From Folioceros fuciformis (lineage: Eukaryota): a DNA stretch of 44,079 nucleotides. The notes under the pieces are model-generated. The model made no database searches and was not told where the DNA came from. It saw only the letters and a program-made list of their open reading frames with translations. Shown here piece by piece: positions 1-12,153 of this stretch (position 1 is the stretch's first letter; every line of letters begins with the position of its first letter). The position numbers and the translations under genes are program-made. The stretch is taken from contig JBNGIO010005378.1 in NCBI GenBank assembly GCA_049999805.1, positions 1-44,079 on the forward strand, in the 5' to 3' direction.

Positions 1-1516
1 CAATTAATGGATATACATGTTATTTTAAAACAAAATAGAATGCAAACAAGTAGAGATTTTGAATATGTTATGGGTGATTGTTTATTTGATTCCATTACAT
101 ATTTGTTGAATGAAACGATAACATCTCAGGAGCTACTAGTTAAAACAATGTCCCAATTGAAAAGAAGCATAGAAGAAAATGATCCCAATGCAATGACAAC
201 CCGTGAAGCCTACTGAGGAGAAGTCTTGGTGAACATTCATGGACCAAATATTAAAAATATCGAACAATATATAGACAAAACAAAATTGCCAGCAAGGTTG
301 GAGGGCTTATGGGGTGATGCAACTGCCATCCAATGGTTAAGCATAGCCTTGGGGAGAAGGATTTGCGTATAGTCAAAGCAATGCAAAAAGTTGATGTGTG
401 ATTATAATACAGTTGTCTCATTGGTGTTAGAACCTTTAAACCTTTTGTTTGATGCTGAGCGCGAACATTATGAACCTCTCATTCGAGTTAAGAGGATGTT
501 CAATTTTAACTCAAAAATTTCAATTGAGGGTAAATGCAATACATGTAAAATACATAACAAGAAAAAAAAGAAGGAAAGTAGTTTAAAAAATATCCTTATG
601 TTTCAAGACCTTGTCTAGATCAAAAGTTAGAAAAAACAAAGATTTATATTTAAAATTCTTATATAAGATGTATATAAGACCTAGCCTTAGGGGCTGGTTA
701 TCTTGGATTCGTTTGCCTTTGTGGTGTTTGTTTCCGTCTTTGTGAAGGTACATGGACTTTTCCATCTTGTTCTTTGAATAAAGTCTTCATTTTAATTCTG
801 TAGAGAAACATATAATAAAGACATATTATACCGCAAGGTTGGGCCAACACACGTTGGGTGAGCCACCTTTGTATGCATATTCCCTTAAATTTTGAAAGGG
901 CAATGAAGCTGAGTAGTAGGCCTAGGTAGGGGTTGTCATCTCGACAACAATAGTGATGCCATTGGCATGACAAGATCACACCATGCTGATATGTTGGAGG
1001 GACGATGGTTGGTTACACACCATTCTATGCTCCAGTGATAGTAACCAACCATTCTATGCTCCAGTGATAGGACACATCCCGACCATCGGTGTGACGGTGA
1101 CGTACTCTCTCCCCAACTGATGGCCACTACATTGTCACTCCACACTCTCTCCATAACGGGTTTTCTCTCACTACGCCGTGGTGCTTTTGTAGAACCTCAT
1201 CTTGATGAATTAGTGGACATGTTGTAGATGGCACGGCGGGAAGGAAGGACGTGGGGGGGGGGGGGTGGGGTTGTCAATGCAAACATACGTCACTAACTAG
1301 TATTGGGGTGTATCATAACCCTTCGTCATAATTGTCGAGTATGAAGTTCGTTGTGATAGGCAAATGACATAAAGACACAATGGTCCATAATAGGAGGCAA
1401 ACCCATCGGCCCACTGTCATACTTATAGTGCATTGTTTTAAATTTATGTCATAAGACTTGGAGACTCGTGCATGTCATATAGCGAATGTTATAAAAGCAC
1501 CCTTTTTGTAGTAGTG
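1..1516. mobile_element. Probable right end of a CACTA/EnSpm DNA transposon
   Basis: TTTTTGTAGTAGTG at 1503-1516 is the reverse complement of CACTACTACAAAAA, a CACTA-type TIR. It is preceded by several GTCATA-like subterminal motifs (about 1310-1495). The partner TIR is not in the window. Confidence 0.45.
7..618 (+). pseudogene. OTU-like cysteine protease (deubiquitinase) domain, disrupted by two in-frame stops; probably transposon-borne
   Basis: One frame (ORFs 7-216 and 391-618 plus the gap) reads ...VMGDCLFDSI...EAY*GEVL...EGLWGDATAIQWLSIALGRRICV*SK...LLFDAEREHYEPL. This gives the OTU Cys box (GxCLF), the WG motif and the His box (HY). Stops are TGA 214-216 and TAG 370-372. Confidence 0.7.
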
Positions 1517-2634
1517 TAATTGATTGGGGCACTCCAATGACCATACCAAGACATCGGATAACTAGTGCACTCTTGACACTACAATGGAGTTGTGTGGAAG
1601 AGGATCACTGAGAAATTAGTCCGCCCGCGCTCCTTAGCCCTTGAAACCTCAACCGAGTATATAAGAAGCTCGCCTCTCCAGCAAAACACACTTTGTTCGC
1701 CAGCAAATTTGTAGACTTGCTATCTCCGCAAGAGTTAAGGTAGGCAAACAACCCTCCAGCGTTTGAGAGCGAGCGTAAGTTAAGAGTATGCCTTGTAATT
1801 GTGCTCGCTGCGAATAGTACTGGCCACTCATGGACACTTCCTACCTCTTACTTCCACTATGCATGCTCACACGTGTCCCAAAATCTTCTTTGATTTCCTT
1901 AAGTTCGTGACGACCTTCGTTGCTTGACCAGTCACAAATAAGCAGATCACATGGTTTTATATCACGTCGGTTAGTCTAACTAAACCTAGCTACAGATAGT
2001 AGTCAGATAACTGGTAGGTTAGTTGAAAGGACACACCTCTTGGTGTACTGCTATAAAAGACCTACCTCAGATGCACCTTAATAAGAATTAATTTATTTTC
2101 TTCGTTGATTGGAAAAGGCCCTTCCACTTATGCTTTTCTAACTTGACCTACTTGCCGCGTAGGTTTATTATCCATGGAACACTTAACTGACATGTGCACC
2201 TTATGCTTGACATCCTATTAGATCTAGGATTTATTTGCCTACTAACATGTAGGACTAACAAAACAACACTAAAAAACACTCACTTAACCATACCCTTGAA
2301 GGCCGTAGGTCAACCTACAAAAATCAAACTAATGATCTTCTTAACAGTTTCACTTCTCTTGACACAAGTGCTAGACTAATCAAGTGAAATCTGATTAAAG
2401 ACCGACATTTGAGACCTACCAAACGCGTAGATATGAATGACTTGTAAGCTAACCACCAAAAAGACAGGGAAAACAACATAGGACTAAACAGACACAAATG
2501 AGAAAAGAAGAAACAAACCAAACCACGCATTGGGCAAAACACTCAAAATGGTAGGATAGTAGCCCATCCTGTATCCCAAAATTTCACATTCCACATATCC
2601 TCCCCTTCTCAACTGTTTGCGACCCCACAAATAG

Positions 2635-2810
2635 CTGATCCTTTAGGTTGATGATATTTCTTGACTTTCCACCCATTCAAAATTTTGAGCTCAACCAAAC
2701 CATTTGAGAATACCTCCGTCACTTCATACAAGCCTAATTAGCACGACCCCAATTTGCTAAGAAATCCATGTAGCATCTATCATAGAGCAAAGACAAGTCA
2801 CCTCCTACTA
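2635..2810 (-). mobile_element. Ty3/gypsy integrase C-terminal (GPY/F region) remnant
   Basis: Minus strand, with one frameshift and a stop, reads GDLSLLYDRCYMDF/SKLGSC*LGLYEVTEVFSNGLVELKILNGWKVKKYH. This resembles the gypsy pattern GD.VLL...GKL..RW.GPY.V..V..NG.V.L...NG..LK.Y. Confidence 0.55.
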
Positions 2811-3392
2811 AACGCTCTGATGGTTGAACCTTGGGATTATATCTCTAAAGAGCGTCCGCACAAACACAAGATTGGACAAGGAGAGGCAAGGTGGTCACAA
2901 GCGAATGTTCAATTAAGATCAAGAAAGATGTTTATATTCAAAAGAAGTTGTAACTTTTTCTAGAATGCCCCGTTTCATAACTCGATTATAAGTTAGGGCT
3001 GGTTATATGAATAATGATTCATATCTTAACACCCCCTCTCAGACCGAACCTAAAATCGAAATGAGAAACGTATTTGGCTTGCTGCTCCGAGCATAATCGT
3101 ACACGCTCTTGAGCTGATCGCTGCTATTCTCATAGCTGCATGGATGCTAAATCCCCCAGGACCAAATGCATTACACGCCCGTCATAGGAAGAGAAAGTAT
3201 CTACAACTAAAAAAAAGACCTTGAGAGAGGATCCCCGTGAGCGAAGCTAAACATGTGTGAAAAGAAGGAAAACTCAATTGACTGACGTTTACAAGGGCTC
3301 ATCCATGACGAATGCAGAACTACTTTGCCTCTTTAATGTGTGTACTGTAGATATCTATCACTGGCTCATCAACAAGCAAAGTAGTAGCAAGC

Positions 3393-3840
3393 GTGATTCG
3401 GTGGCTCCTAGGTTACAGGTTATCGGTTGCTCGGCAATACTCCTCTATCGAGTTCCTACGGACAGCCATAGGCATCCCTCCTAAAGTCAGGTTGCTGGTC
3501 TGGTGTTTGTTTCAAGTGTGCTTACCTACAGTGGATTGGTGGGACAATTGGCTTGTTGCAAAAGGGGAGAAATTTTGTATGATTTGTACCCTTGGTGCTC
3601 CTAAGAAAACCCAGCATCTGTTCTTCCGTTGCGCCTATGCTCATGAAGTTTGCATTTGGTTCCAGCACCTCTTTTCAACAACGAACATTGCTATTATGGA
3701 ATAGACATTTCTCTTCGACCTTAGGGAACTATCTGGTAAGCTTCTTTTCTGGTTCTTATGGTGGGGCCTATTGTGGAGCTCTTGCCTCTTTGGTCTCTGG
3801 CTCAACTGGATAGCGGTGGTTTATGGTAATAAAGATCCAC
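3393..3840 (+). mobile_element. LINE (L1-like) ORF2 C-terminal zinc-binding (zf-RVT) remnant
   Basis: IPPKVRLLVW...LPT...CMIC...TQHLFFRCAYAHEV matches the zf-RVT pattern PPKV..F.W...LPT...C..C....HLF..C. A LW..LW.N stretch follows in the ORF starting at 3771. Confidence 0.7.
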
Positions 3841-4492
3841 TATCAGTCAAGGCCCAGGTTTGGAGTATTTACGGGCAAGTACTAATTGCTGTAGAAGGGA
3901 TAACAACATCCTCCCCAAGGAAATTCAAACGCAACGACTGGCGCCGAGTTGGTTTTCTTGCTTCTGGAAGTAAGAGAGGATGGAACCACTTATGCCCTTC
4001 GAAGAGGAAAGGTCCTCGATGCGTCATTAGTTTGATGTTGGGATCTTTCCTCGATGCATTGAGCGTTTATGGTTGCTACTTTAGGGTTCTATCAATCAGT
4101 GTCTGAATTGTGCGAGTCGTATAAAGGTCATCCGTCCATTTGTGGATAAATGTCGAACACATTAAGTAGTGTATTTCAAAACATCATTGAGTAAGTAAAT
4201 CAATATATATTTTACCATTATTAATGAGTGAGTATGTGGTCTATCTGCACATCTTTAAAGGAAAACAAGAAAATCATCATTTGAATAGGTAGTTGATAAC
4301 AACCACAATAAAGTTCTTCTTATTTAATTACAAAAATAAAAGACAAGTTTAAAAATAGATTTGTCAATCAAGCTTTGTTTATGGGAAACATGATTTAAAA
4401 TGGATTATTGATTGGGATATCATTGTTTCGGAAATGTACCAAATGGACTTTGTGGAATACCAACATTTAACATAGACATTCAATTAAAAAGG

Positions 4493-4598
4493 GTGTCATA
4501 ATTAAGATCAGAAAGGGAGATAGAGAGGATGGAGGGCGCGGTGTCATGTTTAAGATCAGAAAGGGAGATGGAGAGGCTGGAGGGCGTGGTGTCATGTT
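4493..4598. repeat. 48-bp tandem duplication (about 2.2 copies)
   Basis: TTAAGATCAGAAAGGGAGATRGAGAGGMTGGAGGGCGYGGTGTCATGT occurs twice in direct tandem. Confidence 0.85.
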
Positions 4599-5673
4599 GG
4601 GCGCTAGCCGATTGGAGCCTCTTACCTCCACCTATTTTATGCAAATGTGCTTTTGTGGCAGTATGGGAGGTTTTGGTTTGGTCTTTGCATAGTTTGGCTA
4701 ATGGCTTGTCAACGCTTGTGAGAAGTCTTTTGATCAGTACCAAATTGTAGGCACCTCCATTGATTTACTTGGTGGTTAATTGTTAAATAATATCTCCCTT
4801 GCAGGCGCATTTCTTTGAGCATCCAAATCTCTATCCCCTGAATTGAATCAGAATGTTCAAGAATGCTAGGAATTGGCCCATCATCTTTACCCAAAGGCCC
4901 TACCTCCTTGTCTTCGTCTTGGGAAAAATCCTTCTTTGCGTGGTTGTTGCCTGCCCTTATTTGTCTTAATTTAGCTATTTGCTAGTGCTCTTGCATTGAA
5001 TGCGTAAAATCTATGCAAAGGAATTGAGTAAAAGCCTGGCCGAAGATGATAGCTTGTGTTGGGAAAACCGTAGGGCTGTTCCAAGGCCAGACCACAACTG
5101 GGCCATTCTGGGCCATGGAAGAGGGTCTTGGTGAGTGGGGGGGGAGGGAGGTTCTAGTGCGGCCAAGAGGACATAAGAGGCTTTGTTGAATACAAGATTA
5201 TCTTAGGATGTGGTCCTTCATGATGTATGTGGAAGTGGTTTTACCGTGAAGAAGTTGTGGAAAGTTTAATCACACATCCGTTGCATGTGCTTGCTATCTC
5301 CATCCTTGACACAACATTTACTTATGGACCTTCTCGAAAGTGACATGTACCTTGGTGGTTATGGACGTCCAAGGAGCTTTTAACAATGTATGAATCCGTT
5401 GTAGCTCGGGTTCTCACTCGAGCGATCGGGATTCGGGTCCTGGCAATGGAATCTGTGAATCTAAAGTTTTCCTTTTTTAATATTAGACTTAAATTTCATT
5501 CTCGAGCAATTTTCCTGCAATATGTCCGCGATTTTTTCTTACAAATATTAGACTAACGTTTCATTGAACGAGAAATTTTCCTTCACTGTGTCATTTGCGA
5601 GAAGGCGAAGACTTAGCTCCGGAAAACTGTGATCGTGGGGCAGCGTGTGAAGCGGAGGCGGATTGAATTCGCA

Positions 5674-6271
5674 ATGGCAACTGGCCTGATCGTCGGCGTG
5701 CTTGGCGTTGTTATGTTAGCGCACGCCGCCTACCAGACTGTCCACTGTAAGCACGGGTTACATCTTTGATGCGGCTTGCTGTCAGATTTCCTCTGCTGTG
5801 TGTGTGTGTGGGGCATGATAGCTTGTAATGTTGAGTTTTCAGATCGAGGAGCTCTGGCAATCAAGGAAGAGGAATTTGTGCGGCCTCCTCCGAAGGTGAG
5901 GGATTTTTCATGTTGGATCGGTTTTGAAGTTCGAATTCCGGTGCTGATAGGTGGGGTTCTGGTGTCAGGTAATTTTCGAGATCATCGTGAGTGTTTTGCT
6001 CTGCTTTTGGGCGGCTGTCACTGTGCCTGGCACCTTCATCCGTATTCTCCCCGACTCAGATGAAAACAGGTTGGGAACCTGTTTGTTGCTGCTCTTGTGC
6101 GAGTGCTGTGAGACATTTAGGGTTTGGGGTGCTGTGGAAGGCTGATTCCGCAAGCTTGACGTGTGTTGCAGGATAACGAGCCTTCCGGAGAATCTGGATT
6201 TCATGATGTTTAATCACAGGGGCAAGCTGTTCGCTCCAGCATTGGAAGCCAGATTTCCGGTTTCAAGATAG
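5674..6271 (+). CDS. EMC5: Membrane magnesium transporter / ER membrane complex subunit 5 (MMgT family), 4 exons: 5674-5746, 5843-5895, 5969-6069, 6172-6271
   Basis: Splicing at canonical GT-AG sites gives MATGLIVGVLGVVMLAHAAYQTVHYRGALAIKEEEFVRPPPKVIFEIIVSVLLCFWAAVTVPGTFIRILPDSDENRITSLPENLDFMMFNHRGKLFAPALEARFPVSR*. It has the HAAY and FxxFNHRG signatures of the MMgT family. Only fragments appear in the ORF track. Confidence 0.93.
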
Positions 6272-6319
6272 CAGATTGATAACTTACCGTTCCTATTTTT
6301 TCAGTATTTAGGTTTTACA

Positions 6320-7913
6320 TTACAGGTCATTCAAGTGATGCACAATCCCGTCTACATTGTCTTTGATTGTCTGGCGCAGTTCTTTAATCTGGTCATTCGA
6401 CCTGTCCAGCACCTGAGCCACTCTGTTCAGCCTGTCCACATCTTGGGCCATTTTTGCTGCCAGTTTCCCGTTCTCCCCCGTAGTTGTTTGCCTCTTATGT
6501 AATTTCTGCCCCAACTTTGTTTGCCTTCCCTTGTCTGCCTTTATTGTGCTCTTCGCGCTTGCGTGAGACTTCGGGGCTACGTTGAGTAGCTTTTCCTTTT
6601 CTACCTTCTTTGGAACACGTTCAGAATCTTCCTGTGAAGCATCACTCTTCCTCTTCCCTTTCCCCAATGTATGCTGAGGGGTTTCAATCTTTCCTCTCCT
6701 CAATGCATGCCGAGGGGTTTCAATCTTCCCTTTCCTCTGTGCATGTCCAGGGGTTTCAATTTTCCCTTTCCTCAAGGCATGCCGAGGGGTGTCAGATGAC
6801 ACTGGGGGACCTCTCCTTGGTCTTGGAGTCAAAGGACAAGGGTCCGAGTCTTGGTTGTTGCCTGGTAGACCGTGACGAGCCTGCTTCCCGGAACTCCTGG
6901 TGTCTCGTTTGGACGGGGTTGCACCACTTCTCTTCCCATGCTCCGCACTGGAGCCGAGTACTTTGGCTTCCTTCGCCACAACTGGCAAGGCAAGGCTGAT
7001 GTACCGATGCAGAAGAGCCTTGGCTGCTTGCGGCAACGCCCCATCCCTTGCTATCGTGGTCTTTACATAGCTTACTCTATGGCCAGCCCAGTTGAAGGTC
7101 TCGCCGTACTTCATGCTTCTTGCGAAAGCCAATGTTTGGCCAACAGGAAGTATTGAAGGGTGTCCTGCCAGGAACATCTTCTTCCTGTGCTCCCTTATGT
7201 ACTCTTGTAGCTGGGGCTGAAGACTATGGAGCAGTATTCCGTCGTTGATGCTGACAGTACCATTGTCCAGGCTTTCTTGTGTCATAAACTCCTCAACTTC
7301 CTTTCTCAGGTTCCTGCTCCCAGAGCCCGGAATTGAGACACCATGGGATGGCAAGCCAAGGACTCGGCCTACCACTTCGGGTTCCAACAGTAGCTGTGAT
7401 TCCCGATTGATCTGGAACATGGTGGGTGCTTTGTCTCCGCCATCATGGAAACCGGTAATGAAATAATTGTCACTGACAGCCACTGGTCTGCGAGAGTGAA
7501 AGGCGAAGGAATCTGGAGTACCTGGCCTTGTTAGGCAACCCAGCTTCATAATGAAGTTCCTATTTTTCTTCCATGACCCGGGCTCCTGACTCTCCCTGTT
7601 GAAGTCTTCAAGGTCTACCTCTGATCCCTCGTCTTGTAACACTCCCTCATCTGCCGGAACAGACTTTTCGAGTCTCTCGTCGTCTGTTGCCATGGGATCG
7701 TCCAGGCCGTCTTCTTCTGCTTTCACCCTCTCCTCTCGGTCATTCGCACCGCTGTTCATACTCCTCAAAGTTCTAGCCTGCGCAGCAAACGTTTGAGAGA
7801 CACTTAGCCATTCGCAGACACTGCTATTACGATAGATCGACGGCCACGTCACAAACAAAGGGACTAACATTGGGAGATCGAGGGGCTCTCGGTGTCGAGA
7901 CTTTCTTCACCAT
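6320..7913 (-). CDS. Unknown-family paralogue 1 (intact). Likely model: ATG 7913-7911, intron 7910-7778, exon 7777-6320
   Basis: 516-aa open frame with family motifs (RNFIMKLGCLT, FITGFHDG, LLLEPEVVGRVLGLPSHGVSIP, FNWAGHRV, LLHRYISLALP), a basic repeat tail and a C-terminal coiled-coil-like end. An ATG|GT donor and an in-frame CAG| acceptor are present. Confidence 0.8.
6654..6793 (-). repeat. 36-bp coding tandem repeat x4 encoding (TPRHALRKGKIE)n
   Basis: Seen in the DNA and in the translation TPRHALRKGKIE-TPGHAQRKGKIE-TPRHALRRGKIE-TPQHTLGKGKRK. Confidence 0.9.
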
Positions 7914-8501
7914 GACTGAAGCTAACGAGAGAGCCTTGCACCAAGATGAAAGGTGCCTATAACAGTCAAGCTGAAGAGCTTGAAGGGAGAAAGGATGCGA
8001 ACAGTCTCCACAATGCTTGCGTGTGTTGGGCAGTTAGCATCATTATTACAGATCGCAAGCCGCCTTAATTCACACATGTAAGGGTAGTTAGCATAATGGC
8101 AGAGAGTGGGAGTCATGTATCTATTTTGGACAGCACTTTCACAGGTGATTACGCTTGGAGTCTGGTACAAACATACTTAGCTCACCCCAGAGCTGAACGT
8201 CAGGAAATTGACACAGTCCGCACATACCTGCTGCTTTTCACCACAGGGAAACGCTGGATTGTTCCAATGTTAACTGACACAGCCTAGTCTAGCCGATCTC
8301 GAAAAAACACATGCATCCACAAATTGTCAAATTTCCATACGAAAGAGAATCCCTTTTAAGTTACATCCTTTCAAAAACAAAGCACAATGCACTCACAGAT
8401 GTCAGCGAGATCAATTGGCAATTGGCAAACCAAAATATCATCTTCCACAAAGCGCGTCCTTCCTCTTGCACTGATCAACGCTGGCAGCTCGCTTTCCTCT
8501 T

Positions 8502-9241
8502 TCAACATCCTGGCTGCTGTTCTTCGGACATGTTCTTCATCCTCTTGTTGGCCTAATTGACTCGGTTTCCTTTGCAAAGCTCCTCTTGAAAACAGACAAT
8601 CGACAGAGATTCCGAGCTTTGCCTGGCCCAAGAATTCACCTTGCTGCCTCTCAATGTACTCCCTGAGCTGCGCGTGTCCAGTCTACCTCAGATTGAAACC
8701 GCGATGGGAGGCTCGGTTTTGCTTCCAGGCTACTTTTGGCACGAGAAGCTGCTCCTTTTTAACTTTTCTCAGCGCATTCGGAACCTCCAGCCACTCGAGC
8801 TGCAGGCCGAGGACTCTTCCTGCAATTTCTGGCTCCAGAGACAGTAGAGTCTCGGAGCCATCGGCCATCCTCACTCTCACCATGGCCTTCAGGCCATCTT
8901 GGCTATCCTGGAATTCGGTAAGGGTGTGCTTATGATTCAGAGCGAAGGAGCGAGCTCCAAGTGCTGCCACCTCAGATTCCCAGTCCGGCAGGCCAGCTTG
9001 GAGAGGAAGCTTCTGGACTGTTTCCAATCTGGCTCCCTCTCCCGATTAGCTGGGGCTGGGGTTCTGCTAAAGCCTTTCTCATCATCCTGGCAATAAGCTG
9101 GTGTCTCCTGTGGGAAACGAATGGCTGGATTAGTAGCTCACTCTAAACGCTTGAAGTTCAGGAATACTGCAACTGTGAGAGAAGAAAAAGAAATGCTTCT
9201 GAATCAGGCATTCACGCATAACGTGCTTCTGGACTCACCAT
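8502..9241 (-). pseudogene. Unknown-family paralogue 2 (pseudogene: frameshifts, stops, internal deletion)
   Basis: ATG 9241-9239|GT...CAG|9107, then ETPAYCQDDE...WKQSRSFLSKLAC / HTLTEFQD...LLSLEPEIAGRVLGL...GFNLR*...LREYIER / CFQEE...VN*ANKRMKNMSEE. Closely similar to the 10.0-11.3 kb copy. Confidence 0.8.
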
Positions 9242-10017
9242 GATTTGAAGCTGGTGGCAAAGTTGCACCTAAGGCTTGCGCAAGTCGTTACAGTGGCATA
9301 CTTCGGATCGTAAGCTTGCAGGACAAGGCGGCTGGGAAGTAACATCGTCGAGCTGCTGGCATTTATTACTTGAGTCCATTAATTCAGACCGTGTCAATTG
9401 GGACAGGGCCTCCTGCAGTTTAGAGGCCATTACGACTGGACTTCGATACGCCCTAAGCTCAGACTGCTTCAAGATTGCAGCAACTCTTTCTAGCATTCAT
9501 GGCAGGCCTTCAGAAACTGCTCCAAGATTGCATCAGTTCGTTCTACTCAATTCTAAGAACATCTAGAGCAAGTAGCCCATTATCCATGGCAGTTCTCAAT
9601 AGCTTTGCAGCATGTCTTTGATACCCATCGTAGAACATGCTTCAAGCATGATCCGCGCCCCTCATTTCTGCTTCTGAGGTGAATGTAATGAGTATCAAAG
9701 TCCCCGAGCCTGAGCCTCTTACTACACACTCTACGCTGGCTCCTGCTCTTCCTCAGCTGCCGCTGAACATCTGGTACATCGTCAGTTCAAGCCCGTGACG
9801 AACGAGAGTAAATGGACACGCGCCGTGGATGAGTGCCCACGTTTAACGTTATGAAACGGCGAGTTTTTCAAAATGCTCACAACGAGAGCTTAGGCTTAGC
9901 TGATTTTGACAAACAAGGAGACACGCACACAGTCTCCTCTGTTCATACGACAATCAATGCGAAGTTGCATCCTATCAAAAATCAACACACAAATTTCCTC
10001 CTCCAACATCCTGACTG

Positions 10018-11293
10018 CTATTCTTCGGACATGTCGTGTCGCAGACTCCACAAGTACCTTGCTTGCTTGCTTCTTAAGATGGATCAACGGCTCAAGGCTC
10101 TGTCCCAAACGTGCACTAACGGTTCCATCAAATTCACTAACGTGAGCGAGAGTTCGTCCTCCACAGCAAGCTGCGGTGAACGGGCACACGCATCAGCCGG
10201 GTTTCTGCCGCCAGCTTTCCCGCAAGGATCGCACTCCCTTGAGGTCTCCTTTGCACCGGTGTGATCTAAGCGATCAGGCTTCACATGATGCTCCTCAGAG
10301 TGCTCTCGCAGTCGGTTCGACCGCCTTGGTGTCTCGACCTCGTCGTATTGCCTTTGAGAACCATAATCAGTCCGCAGTTTCTCAAACTCTTCTTCCAATC
10401 CCTTCCTCACATGGTTTTGCTGCTTCGTCCTTCGACCAGTTCCGGCTCGAAGCTTGGCCACAAAAGGCAACACCGACGGCAAGGCACAATCAAAGTATGA
10501 AAACAGCAGATCCTGCACTGGGATGCTCAACACCTTTCTTCTTGCGACCAGCTGCCTCATCACGTTCTTGATCCTCTTCTCGGCTCAATTGAATTGGATG
10601 TTGCTGAAATACTCCTCTTGGAAACAGAGCAAGTCGACTAGGGAAATCCCATTCTTCGTGTTTCCGAAGACTTCACGCTCGCGCCTCTCGATGTAGTCCC
10701 TCAGCCCCGGGTGATCGATGCTCTTCAGATTGAAGCCCCCTTGTGTATTGCGTGTTTTCCCATTTGATTTTGGCACGAGTACCCGCTCCTTGTCCTCGAG
10801 GTTCAGACCGTCCGGAATCTCCAGGCCCTCGAACGGCAGATCGAGGACTCTTCCAACGATTTCTGGTTCCAAAGACAGAAGTGTCTCGTGGCCATTAGCC
10901 AGCTGCACACGCACCATGGCTTCAAGGCCATGTCCTCCATTCTGGAATCCGGTTATGGTGTACTTGTTATGCACAGCGGCGGAGTGAGCGTCGAGCTCCT
11001 CTGCCTCAGATTCCTTGGTGAGGCAGGCCAGCTTGGAAAAGAAGCTTCTGGAGTGCCGCCGATTGGTGTTTTTCTCCCAACGAGTCGGCCTTCTCCCGAA
11101 ACGCTCGTCGTCATCCTGAGAGTACGCGAATGTGACCTGTCCAGAACAAAACGTTTGTCAATATCGTTGGATAATGGAGCGAACTCACTCAGAACTCTCA
11201 TCGTGCGATCTCACTCAAAACTCTTGAAAAGGATTCAACCGTCATTAAGACATGTTCATGTATTCAGTCAAAACTTCCTTCTCTACTGACCAT
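10018..11293 (-). pseudogene. Unknown-family paralogue 3 (frame intact apart from premature TGA). Model: ATG 11293-11291, intron 11290-11137, exon from 11136
   Basis: One continuous frame: VTFAYSQDDD...SFFSKLACLT...YTITGFQNG...LLSLEPEIVGRVLDLPFEGLEIP...IQFN*AEKRI...LLFSYFDCALP...ALSR*SILRSKQAR...DMSEE*. The TGA at 10587-10585 sits at the family NW position. Confidence 0.8.
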
Positions 11294-11424
11294 GGTTGAA
11301 GCTGGTGGCAATGTTGCACCCAGGCTGCTTCAAAAAATGCTTGCAACCGACCAAGCTGCATAGTGACCAGGCACGAGAAAGGTGGGGAGTAATCAGCAGC
11401 AGCAACAGGGTGGGACAAGACGCA

Positions 11425-11580
11425 AGCAGGCTGGAGAGTAACCAAAACTCAACACCCAGACTGGCAAGTAAGCAGCAGCAGCAGCAACAGGGCAGGGCAA
11501 GAGGCAAGCAGGCTAAGAAGTAGGCAGGCTGGAGAGTAACCAGAACTCTGCACCCAAGCTGGCAAGTAAGGAGCAGGAAG
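11425..11580. repeat. About 50-bp direct repeat with CAG-rich spacer upstream of paralogue 3
   Basis: GCAGGCTGGAGAGTAACCARAACTC..CACCCA..CTGGCAAGTAAG occurs at about 11426 and 11524. Confidence 0.8.
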
Positions 11581-12153
11581 CACGCTTAGAACTGTTGGTC
11601 AAGAACTCATGATTGTACTGTGTTCTCAAATGAGGCGTAATTTGATCCATGTCCAGGGGACGGCGACTGCTGCAGTATGGAGGTGATAACTCCTCAGTAA
11701 TGTGCGTACAGGCAACACAAGTCGGCAGCACAGTCGATTTGCTGAAAACAGTTCATTCGAACAATGAAATAAGTTTCAAAAACAAGAATCTCTCCTCAGT
11801 CGTTCTTTACTGGCTCTAGGAGTCAAGGAGTCGTATGGTGTTGCATGGTGGCCAGCCGTGATGATCCGGTCTGGATCACTGCCACTGGTTCCCACTTGGT
11901 AACACAGAGGGAGAGGAAGGCAAGGGAAGGGAAGGAAAGAAAACTTTCTTGCTTCAAGAAAGTTTGGGAGTTGGAATGGTGAAGCAGGGTGTAGTGAGGA
12001 TATACGAGGCTCCAATTCCAATCCGTCATGTCCGCAGAAGGAACACAAATCGGCAGCACCAGGTTCACCTACATGGTTCACTGCGTATGTTCGCTTTCGC
12101 TGTGTTCGGAAAACGTCTAGATAGAAAACGTGTGAACTCGAGAGTCCAGCACA

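Noticed and set aside
3025-3042. TGAGAGGGGGTGTTAA on the minus strand resembling a PPT/LTR junction
   Set aside because: No matching LTR or adjacent pol sequence could be tied to it.
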